Origin: Betaproteobacteria bacterium
GTDB lineage: Bacteria > Pseudomonadota > Gammaproteobacteria > Burkholderiales > CAIKXV01
Direction: 5' to 3'
Assembly: GCA_021298815.1 (NCBI GenBank)
Contig: JAJTHE010000031.1
Coordinates: forward strand, 21-64,020
DNA length: 64,000 bases
Both the position numbers and the translations under genes were made by a program. This document shows positions 34,746 through 42,067 of this stretch, piece by piece; positions within the stretch are counted from its first letter, which is position 1; each line of letters begins with the position of its first letter. Below the pieces are notes generated by a model, which saw only the letters and a list, made by a program, of their open reading frames with translations, did no database searches and had not been told where the DNA came from.

Positions 34746-35308
34746 GACCGCGACGCCTCGTCGTCCTTCAGTCCGGCACGGTCATGGTGTCCGACCATCG
34801 CGGAACCGGCACCGCTGCGCGTCCAGTTGCCGCAGGTGCGGTCGTCGCCCGCCGGGAAGGCCGTACCGTCGGGTCGCGACCCGGTGAGGATGTCGTGCAT
34901 GTTCGGCTTCTGCGTACGGCCGTTCAGCTGCACGCCCTTGTCGGTCAGCGCCGTCTGCAGGTTCAGGTTGTTGTTGCCATGCAGTTCGTCGACGCCGGAG
35001 GCGATCACCACGCCCTTCGCATTGACCCAGGGTCCGCGGCCGATCCGGTCGCGCGCGTGCACGGCTGGCGCGTCGGCGGTGGGCTGCGTGCTGAGATACG
35101 CACGCCAGGTGCGCCGGCCGCCGGCACCGGCTTCGTTCGCCAGCCGCTGGCACAACGCATCCGCGCCTGCCAGCCCGCCGAAATCGGCGCCCTTGCCCGA
35201 ATCGACGCTGGTGATGAAGAAAGTCATCGGCGACTTCGGCTCGTCGATCAGCATGCAGCCCGTGAGCACCGTTGCGGACGCGACCAGCGCCCATTTCCTG
35301 AAGTTCAT
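34652..35308 (-). CDS. lipoprotein with an endostatin / C-type-lectin-like domain
   Basis: The RBS GGGAGGA lies 7 nt upstream of ATG 35308. Lipobox: MNFRKWALVASATVLTG|C. Four-Cys pattern: GLAGADALCQRLANEAGAGGRRTWRAYLST ... RTCGNWT ... SKACS ... GRLYCFA. Confidence 0.7.
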   Translation of the reverse strand: MNFRKWALVASATVLTGCMLIDEPKSPMTFFITSVDSGKGADFGGLAGADALCQRLANEAGAGGRRTWRAYLSTQPTADAPAVHARDRIGRGPWVNAKGVVIASGVDELHGNNNLNLQTALTDKGVQLNGRTQKPNMHDILTGSRPDGTAFPAGDDRTCGNWTRSGAGSAMVGHHDRAGLKDDEASRSWNSSHPSKACSIEALRSTGGDGRLYCFAAR

Positions 35309-35444
35309 CCCTGAATCCTCCCGTGTCGACAGGTTTGCCCGGCCGGATGCCCCCATCCTGCCGCAGGCCGAGTGTGCACCTTTGCCGTGTGCCGGCAAGC
35401 GTGCACAGGGAGCGGGACGCTTCAGGCGCGGATGGTGCGCCGAA

Positions 35445-35942
35445 TCATTCTTCGAGCAGGGAGCGCAGCATCCACGCCGCCTGTTCGTGCACGGTCAGGC
35501 GCTGGGTCAGCAGGTCGGCGGTCGGCTCGTCGCCCGCCTTCTCGACCACCGGGAACAGCGAGCGTGCAGTGCGGGCGACCGCCTCGTGCCCCTGCACCAG
35601 GATGGCGACCATGTCGAGCGCCACGGGCCGGGTCTCGGGCGCATCCTTGAGCGAGGTCAGGCGGCCGAACTGCGCATAGGAACCCGGGGCGATGTGGCCC
35701 AGCGAACGGATGCGCTCGGCGATCGGATCGACCGCATTCCAGAGTTCGGTGTACTGCACCATGAACATCGTGTGCAGCGTGTTGAACATCGGGCCATTAA
35801 CGTTCCAGTGGAAGTTGTGCGTGGTCAGGTACAGCGTGTACGTGTCGGCCAGCAGCTTCGAGAGGCCGTCCGCGATCGCGGCGCGGTTCCTTTCGCTGAT
35901 GCCGATGTCGATGGCCGGTGCCATGCCTGCGCTTTTTTTCGC
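35445..35942 (-). CDS. dps: Dps (DNA starvation/stationary-phase protection protein, ferritin-like)
   Basis: [56 protein letters not shown], the Dps ferroxidase-site pattern. A TTG start at 35942 lies 6 nt after AGGAGA; the ATG at 35924 is an alternative. Confidence 0.9.
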   Translation of the reverse strand, partial: AKKSAGMAPAIDIGISERNRAAIADGLSKLLADTYTLYLTTHNFHWNVNGPMFNTLHTMFMVQYTELWNAVDPIAERIRSLGHIAPGSYAQFGRLTSLKDAPETRPVALDMVAILVQGHEAVARTARSLFPVVEKAGDEPTADLLTQRLTVHEQAAWMLRSLLEE

Positions 35943-36053
35943 CAAGGGATTCTCCTTCAGGTGTTTCGGATCAACGGGATTGCACGGGCGCGGTACGCAG
36001 CGATCGCGCCCGCGGCGCGGGCCGCGCACGATGGACCCGCGCACTGCCGCCGG

Positions 36054-36983
36054 TCAGCGCGCGAGCCGCGCTTCCCATTTCGCCGTCGCCGCGGACGCCC
36101 GGGCGTTGAACGTCGCCGTGCCGGCCACCGTGTCGCCCTTCACCAGCCCGTCGAACTCGTGCCGGAAGCGTTCCGCGCGGCCGGACGGCTCGAGCGCGAA
36201 GCGGAACCGCTCGCCATCGATACGCAGTCCGGCGAGCTCGACCGGCTGCCCGTTCAGGGTCGCCTTGCCGGTCAGCATCTGGTAGGACTGCGACACGGCA
36301 AGCTCCACCCGTCCGCCCCCCTGCGCGGCCGGCAGTTCGAACGCCCAGCGGCCGGCGACCTGCGCCGGGACCGTCCACAGCATCAGCGTGCTGTGCCGGT
36401 CGCGCCCGACCGGCTTGTCGGGCACGAACATGCGCAGCGAGATGTCCGGCTGCCAGTCGGCCAGCATCGCGTAGTCGTGCGACACGATGCGGGTTCCGGG
36501 GCGCAGCGCGGCGAGCTTCGGGGTGAGCAGCTGCATCACCTTCGGCAGCAGGTAGAGGCTGACCACCGTCGCCTTCGAGAAATCGGACTCGAACAGGTCC
36601 TGGGTCAGGAACTGGGCACGGTCGCTGATGCCCATCTTCTTGGCCGACTGGCGGCTGCGTTCGATCAGCCGCGGATCGATCTCGATGCCATGCCCGCGGG
36701 CGCCGAACTTCGCCACGGCCGTCAGCACGATGCGCCCGTCGCCGGAACCGATGTCGATCAGGTAGTCGCCCTTGCCGACGCCGGCGAGGTGGAGCATCCG
36801 CTCGACCACGTCCGCGGGGGTAGGCACGTAGGGCGTATCGGTGTCCTCGTCGACGATGCCGGCATCGGCCGAGCTGCGCGTGGCCGGCGCGGTGCCGGCC
36901 TGCGCCAGGACCGTGGCGGGGACCAGCACGGCACCCATCGCGGCCACCAGCACCAGCACCGACAGCGCCCGTGCCGGTGTCAT
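36054..36983 (-). CDS. exported class I SAM-methyltransferase-like protein, paralog M (subfamily I, solitary copy)
   Basis: Sec-type signal: MTPARALSVLVLVAAMGAVLVPATVLA|QA. TPYVPTPADVVERMLHLAGVGKGDYLIDIGSGDGRIVLTAVA; GHGIEID; ATVVSLYLLP; LRPGTRIVSHDY; VPAQVAGRWAF. C-terminus: KWEARLAR. Confidence 0.85.
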   Translation of the reverse strand: MTPARALSVLVLVAAMGAVLVPATVLAQAGTAPATRSSADAGIVDEDTDTPYVPTPADVVERMLHLAGVGKGDYLIDIGSGDGRIVLTAVAKFGARGHGIEIDPRLIERSRQSAKKMGISDRAQFLTQDLFESDFSKATVVSLYLLPKVMQLLTPKLAALRPGTRIVSHDYAMLADWQPDISLRMFVPDKPVGRDRHSTLMLWTVPAQVAGRWAFELPAAQGGGRVELAVSQSYQMLTGKATLNGQPVELAGLRIDGERFRFALEPSGRAERFRHEFDGLVKGDTVAGTATFNARASAATAKWEARLAR

Positions 36984-37198
36984 CGGACATGCCTTCCGTG
37001 GACGGGACGCGGCGCCGGAGGGATCTGCAACGGGGAACAGCGTCATCGACGACCTTTCAGCGACTGCCTGGGCGGCAAGTCTAGCAAACGCGAGGAACGG
37101 GAATTTGACCGCTGCGGCGCCCACGCGCCCGCCGTACAATCCGCGACCGCCAGAATACCCCCGGCGCGGCGCCCACGCCCCGTTCCGGTCCCCCGACC

Positions 37199-38866
37199 AT
37201 GTTCCTGCTGCACGCGATCATCTTCTCCACCGGAGGCGCGATCCTCGCGCTGGAACTGCTCGCCTCCCGCATCATGACGCCCTATTTCGGCGTCAGCATC
37301 TACATCTGGACCGGCATCCTGTCGATCACCCTGATCGCGCTGGCCGCCGGCTACTGGTTGGGGGGAAAGGTGACCCATGCCAGCCGCAAGCCGTCGATCG
37401 ACCGGCTCGCGCAGTGGTACCTGGCACAGCCGGCCTGGGCCGGGCTCTCCATCGTCGCCGCCTGCCTGGTGTATCCGTACGCCTTCCATTCGCTGGCAAG
37501 CTTCGACCTGGTGATCGGGGCGTTCGTCGCCTGCATGGTCCTGCTGTTCCTGCCGCTGCTCACCACCTCGGCGATGAACCCCCTGCTGGTGGCGATCATG
37601 ACCCAGTCGGCGCGGGGCGCCGCGACGGACGACGAGCGCAAGCCGACCCGCGGCGAAGAACGCCAGGCCACGGTGCTCGAGCAGCTCGACGCAGGCTCCG
37701 GACGCGTGTTCTTCGTCAGTACCGTGGGATCGGTCGCGGGCGTGATCGTCACCGCCTTCGTGCTGATGCCCTACATGTCGAACTACGACGCGGTGCTGGC
37801 GGTCGCGCTGGTGCTGTCGCTGCTGTCGCTCGCCGGCGCGCTGCGCCCCCCGGTGGCGGTCGCCAGCCGCAACCGACTGCTGGCGGTAGGCACCGCGGCG
37901 ACCCTGGCCTCGGGCGGCCTGCTCGTGTTCTCGGACGCCTACCTCGACCGGATGTGGCCTGCGCGCTACGGCGGCGTCGAATGGCAGAAGACGGCCGAGT
38001 ACGGTTCGCTGTTCGGCACCGTAAAGATCCTCGCCGGGCCGGTGGGCGCGCGCCCGGAGGCGCAGATGCGCATCTACTTCCAGGATGGCCTGGTGCAGAA
38101 CACGCTCGATTCGGGCAACCGTTCGCAGTCGTTCTTCACCTACGGGCTGGAAGGACTGGTGCATGCCTACCGGCCGCAGGCGCGCCGCGTGCTGGTGCTG
38201 GGGCTCGGCGCCGGCGTGGTGCCGATGTCCCTGGCCCGGCAGGGCATCGAGGTCACCGCGGTCGAGATCGACCCGGTGTCCTTCGAGGTCGCACGGAAGC
38301 ATTTCGGCTTCGACGCCACGCGGGTGCAGGCGATCGAAGCCGATGCGCGCACCTTCCTGCGCGCCTGCAAGGCCGGCTACGATGCAGTCGTGGTCGACCT
38401 GTTCCACGGCGACGGCATCCCCGAGTACCTGATCACGCGCGACTTCTTCAACGACCTGCGCGGCTGCTTGAAGCCCGACGGCGTGGCCGTGTTCAACACC
38501 TTCGTCGACCTCGACCGGCCTTCGGTCTATGCGCATTTCCTGGTGACCCTGCATGCCGAACTGCCCGAGATCGTCGTCTACCGCCCGGATGCGGGCGGGT
38601 CGCGCCACGTGAACAGCTTCGTAGTCGCGGGAGCCGCCCGCCTGGTGCCGCCGGAGCCGGTGCGCCTGCGCGACGCACCGTCGCGGCATGCGGCGACGCT
38701 GCAGGCGATGATGGAACGTCCGAACAAACTCGACTCGGATACGCTGCGCCGGGGCGCGATCATCACCGATGCGCGCAACACGATCTCCCTCGACATCGCC
38801 GCTGCCCAGATGGCCTACCGCAGGCTGGTGATAGAAACGGTACCTCCGGCCTTCCTGCTCAACTGA
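37199..38866 (+). CDS. membrane-fused spermidine-synthase-like protein (polytopic N-terminal domain plus class I MTase-fold C-terminal domain)
   Basis: 555 aa. The N-terminus has about 7 TM segments (MFLLHAIIFSTGGAILALELLASRIMTPYFGVSIYIWTGILSITL...). The C-terminus reads RVLVLGLGAGVVPMSLARQGIEVTAVEIDPVSFEVARKHFGF...YDAVVVDLFHGDGIPEYL...LKPDGVAVFN. Confidence 0.8.
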   Translation: MFLLHAIIFSTGGAILALELLASRIMTPYFGVSIYIWTGILSITLIALAAGYWLGGKVTHASRKPSIDRLAQWYLAQPAWAGLSIVAACLVYPYAFHSLASFDLVIGAFVACMVLLFLPLLTTSAMNPLLVAIMTQSARGAATDDERKPTRGEERQATVLEQLDAGSGRVFFVSTVGSVAGVIVTAFVLMPYMSNYDAVLAVALVLSLLSLAGALRPPVAVASRNRLLAVGTAATLASGGLLVFSDAYLDRMWPARYGGVEWQKTAEYGSLFGTVKILAGPVGARPEAQMRIYFQDGLVQNTLDSGNRSQSFFTYGLEGLVHAYRPQARRVLVLGLGAGVVPMSLARQGIEVTAVEIDPVSFEVARKHFGFDATRVQAIEADARTFLRACKAGYDAVVVDLFHGDGIPEYLITRDFFNDLRGCLKPDGVAVFNTFVDLDRPSVYAHFLVTLHAELPEIVVYRPDAGGSRHVNSFVVAGAARLVPPEPVRLRDAPSRHAATLQAMMERPNKLDSDTLRRGAIITDARNTISLDIAAAQMAYRRLVIETVPPAFLLN

Positions 38867-38964
38867 TCGCCTGCCGCTGTTCCTTGGCGCCGCCGCATGC
38901 CACCGGTTCCACGCATCGCGTCAGGCCCTTCAACCACCGCCCCCCCGCCAGCGTCGATGATCCG

Positions 38965-41220
38965 ATGACAGACGCATCACGTCCCGCGCACCGGATGACG
39001 AGCAAGGCCCGCCCGCATGCACAGCTCCGCCCGCTGCTGCTGGTGCTGGCGATGCTCTGCGCGGCCGTGGCCGGCGCGCAGGGACTCCCGCCCGGCCAGA
39101 ACCGGGTGCAGGTGGAACTGCTGGCCGAGCCGAGCACGGCACGCCCTGGCGAAGCCTTCCATGCACTGCTGCGCATGCGCATCGCACCCGGCTGGCATAC
39201 CTACTGGATGAATCCCGGGGACTCCGGGCTGGCCACCACCCTCGACTGGCGCCTGCCCCAAGGCGTGACGGCCGGCGCGCTGTCTTGGCCGGTACCGAAA
39301 CGGCTCCCGGTCGGGCCGCTGATGAACTACGGCTACGAGACCGAGGTGCTGCTGCCGCTGCAGATCAGCGTGCCTGCCGGTTTTGCGGGATCGGTCCTGC
39401 AGCTATCGGCGCAGGCCGACTGGCTGGTCTGCAAGGATGTCTGCATCCCGGAGTCGGCGCCCGTGGGCTTCTCGCTGCCGGTGGCGGCGGTCGCGGCCCT
39501 GCCCGATCCGCGGGCCGCACCGCTGTTCGCCGCGGCCCGTGCCGCGCTGCCCGGAACCCTGCCAGCCTGGACCGCGACGGCGCGCGTGGACGGCGCACGG
39601 CTGCGGATCGCGCTGCGCGCGCCCGCGGGTGCCACCGCACCACCACCGGGTGAAGTCTATTTCTTCAACGCGACCGAGGGGCAGGTCGCGCATGCCGCGG
39701 CGCAGACGGTCGCTCACCATCGCGACGGCCTGCTGATCGACGTGCCGCTGCAGCCGCAACCGCTCGCGCCCGTGGAGCGTATGGCCGGGCTGCTGGTGGC
39801 GGCACAGGGTTTCGGCCCCGGACAGCCATCGGCCGCGACGGTCGAGGCGGCGCTGTCGAGCGAACTGCCCGACCTCGGGCCGCTGCGCGCGACACTGACC
39901 ATCGCCGGCGCGGCGGCCGCCGCGACCGTCATGGATGCGCCGGCCACGGCACCCCCGGCAGCGCCCCTGGGCCTGCTGCTCGCGCTGCTGCTCGCCGCAG
40001 CCGGCGGCATCGTGCTGAATCTGATGCCGTGCGTGTTCCCGGTGCTTTCGCTGAAGGCGATGGCCATCGTCGGGCAGGCCCGTTCGGACCCGCGCGGACT
40101 GCGCATGAACGGCCTCGCGTTCGGTGCCGGCGTGCTCGCCGCCTTCTGGATGCTGGCCGGCACCCTGATCGCGCTGCGTGCCGGCGGCGAGCAGGTGGGC
40201 TGGGGGTTCCAACTGCAGTCGCCGCCGTTCGTCGCGGCGATGGCGGTGCTGTTCACGCTCCTCGCGCTGAACCTGGCCGGCGTTTTCGAGGTAGGTTCGC
40301 GCGTCTCCGCGCTGGCCGGCAGCATGCCCGAGCGCAAGGGTCCCGTCGGTTCGTTCTTCACCGGCCTGCTGGCGGTGGCGGTGGCGGCGCCCTGCACCGC
40401 CCCGTTCATGGGCGCCGCGCTCGGCTATGCGCTGGCACAGCCGGCCCTGCATGCGCTGGCCGTGTTCGGTGCGCTCGCGCTGGGCATGGCCCTGCCCTAC
40501 CTGCTGCTGTCGTTCTTGCCCTCGCTCGCCCGGCGCCTGCCGCGGCCGGGCCCGTGGATGGTGGCGTTCCGCCAGGCGATGGTGTTTCCGCTGCTGGCAA
40601 CCGTGGCATGGCTCGCCTGGGTGCTGGGCCTGCAGGCCGGCGTCGATGCGGTGTTCGGGCTGCTCTCCGGGCTCGTGCTGGTGGCGCTGGCGGCCTGGCT
40701 GTACGGCCGGTTCGCGCAGCCCTCTGCAGGGCACCGCGCGCGCACGGCCGCCATCGCCGCCAGCCTGGCGATCGCACTGGCGGGCGGCTACGCCGCATGG
40801 CCGGTGCAGGGCCTCGCGCCGGCCGCTGGCGGCAGCGGTTCCGGCGCGCCGCAGGGCGATGCCGCAGGCTGGGAACCGTGGTCAGCCGAACGGGTGGCGG
40901 CGCTGCGCGCCGAGGGACGCCCGGTGTTCATCGACTTCACCGCAGCCTGGTGCGTGACCTGCCAGGCCAACAAGCAGCTGGTGCTGGATAGCCAGCCCGT
41001 GCGCGAGGCCTTCGCCGAGCGCAACGTGGCAACCCTGCGTGCCGACTGGACACGGCGCGACCGCGCGATCAGCGAGGCACTGGCAGGCTATGGTCGCAGT
41101 GGCGTGCCGGTCTACGTGCTCTACCTGCCGGGTCGCGCGGCGCCGGCATTGCTGCCGGAACTGCTGACCCGCGACATCGTGCGCGCTTCCCTGTCCGCCC
41201 CGAGGACAACGACTCCATGA
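38965..41220 (+). CDS. DsbD/ScsB-family thiol:disulfide interchange (protein-disulfide reductase) membrane protein
   Basis: This is the 3' part of track ORF 36841-41220. Signal peptide plus N-terminal domain (HTYWMNPGDSG...ADWLVCKDVCIPE). TM core with LMPCVFPVLSLK and AAPCTAPFMGAALGYA. C-terminal thioredoxin domain: FIDFTAAWCVTCQANK. The ATG at 38995 is an alternative start. Confidence 0.85.
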   Translation: MTDASRPAHRMTSKARPHAQLRPLLLVLAMLCAAVAGAQGLPPGQNRVQVELLAEPSTARPGEAFHALLRMRIAPGWHTYWMNPGDSGLATTLDWRLPQGVTAGALSWPVPKRLPVGPLMNYGYETEVLLPLQISVPAGFAGSVLQLSAQADWLVCKDVCIPESAPVGFSLPVAAVAALPDPRAAPLFAAARAALPGTLPAWTATARVDGARLRIALRAPAGATAPPPGEVYFFNATEGQVAHAAAQTVAHHRDGLLIDVPLQPQPLAPVERMAGLLVAAQGFGPGQPSAATVEAALSSELPDLGPLRATLTIAGAAAAATVMDAPATAPPAAPLGLLLALLLAAAGGIVLNLMPCVFPVLSLKAMAIVGQARSDPRGLRMNGLAFGAGVLAAFWMLAGTLIALRAGGEQVGWGFQLQSPPFVAAMAVLFTLLALNLAGVFEVGSRVSALAGSMPERKGPVGSFFTGLLAVAVAAPCTAPFMGAALGYALAQPALHALAVFGALALGMALPYLLLSFLPSLARRLPRPGPWMVAFRQAMVFPLLATVAWLAWVLGLQAGVDAVFGLLSGLVLVALAAWLYGRFAQPSAGHRARTAAIAASLAIALAGGYAAWPVQGLAPAAGGSGSGAPQGDAAGWEPWSAERVAALRAEGRPVFIDFTAAWCVTCQANKQLVLDSQPVREAFAERNVATLRADWTRRDRAISEALAGYGRSGVPVYVLYLPGRAAPALLPELLTRDIVRASLSAPRTTTP

Positions 41221-41900
41221 CCCCTCGCAACCGCCCCGCCCCCCCCTCGGTCGCCCCTCGCCAGCGCCCGGCCGCCATGCCGGCGCGGCGATGGGGGATG
41301 CGTCCGGCGCTGCTCGCCCTGGCGCTGCTGGCCTTGCTCGCGGCTGCGCTCGCGCCCGCCCGGGTGCAGGCGCAGGCCGCCCTGGCCCGCGTCGGCGACC
41401 CGGCACCGGCGTTCACGCTCACCGCCATCGACGGCCGCCGGATGTCCCTGGCCGACTTCAAGGGCAAGTATGTCGTGCTCGAATGGTGGAACAGCGACTG
41501 CTACGCGATCAACACGCACTACCAGGCCGGTGCCATGCAGGCCGCGCAGCGTCGCGCGCGCAGCGAGGGCGTGGTCTGGCTGTCCATCGACTCGACCCAC
41601 CCCGGGCATCCGAGCTTCGTCGATGCGAAGCGCACCGCGAGCATGCTGCGCGAATGGAAGGCCGGCCAGCATGCGATGCTGCAGGATCCCGACGGGCGGA
41701 CCGGGCGTGCCTACGGCGCGATGATGACCCCGCATACCTTCGTGATCGATCCTGCGGGCAAGCTGATCTATGCCGGCGCGATCGACGACCAGCGCGGCAT
41801 GCGCGACGTGCGCAAGGCACGAAACCTCGCGTTCGCCGCGATCGACGAGGCCCGTGCCGGCAAGTCGGTGACGCGACCGCTGACCCAGGCGTACGGGTGA
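41217..41900 (+). CDS. exported thioredoxin-fold redoxin (AhpC/TSA / TlpA-like)
   Basis: ATGA overlap with the DsbD-like stop. Signal peptide, then GDPAPAFTLTAIDGRRMSLADFKGKYVVLEWWNSDCYAINTHY...TPHTFVIDPAGKLIYAGAIDD. The start may be one of the internal Met codons. Confidence 0.75.
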   Translation: MTPRNRPAPPSVAPRQRPAAMPARRWGMRPALLALALLALLAAALAPARVQAQAALARVGDPAPAFTLTAIDGRRMSLADFKGKYVVLEWWNSDCYAINTHYQAGAMQAAQRRARSEGVVWLSIDSTHPGHPSFVDAKRTASMLREWKAGQHAMLQDPDGRTGRAYGAMMTPHTFVIDPAGKLIYAGAIDDQRGMRDVRKARNLAFAAIDEARAGKSVTRPLTQAYG

Positions 41901-42067
41901 AGCGTCAAGTACGCGGGCTAGTCTGGCCCGCCTGATCCGGCGCACGACCCGGGAACCGTGGAGCCCGCGCACCGAAACCGGGCGGTGGCGGCCCAGCGGC
42001 GATCGCGCTATCCTACCCATTGGCCTGCTGCCACCCCCACCGATTCCGGCGCTGGTTTTCTGGGCTA

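Noticed and set aside
17148-36983. Kilobase-scale periodic repetition, possibly a CRISPR array, an IS cluster or a satellite
   Set aside because: The period is a full-length protein-coding gene of about 0.9-1.0 kb, and copies are diverged mostly at the nucleotide level. There are no short direct repeats with unique spacers, no terminal inverted repeats, and no transposase, integrase or cas genes.
37105-37140. TTGACC ... TACAAT pair upstream of the spermidine-synthase-like gene
   Set aside because: Both hexamers are near-consensus, but the spacer is 24 nt against the 16-19 nt needed, so this is not a functional sigma70 promoter as it stands.
36841-41220. 1459-aa plus-strand ORF suggesting a giant fusion protein
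   Set aside because: Only the part from about 38965 (DsbD-like) is credible. The 5' portion runs antisense to paralog M and out of frame through the well-supported spermidine-synthase-like gene (37199-38866), and translates to Arg/Pro/Gly-rich low-complexity sequence.
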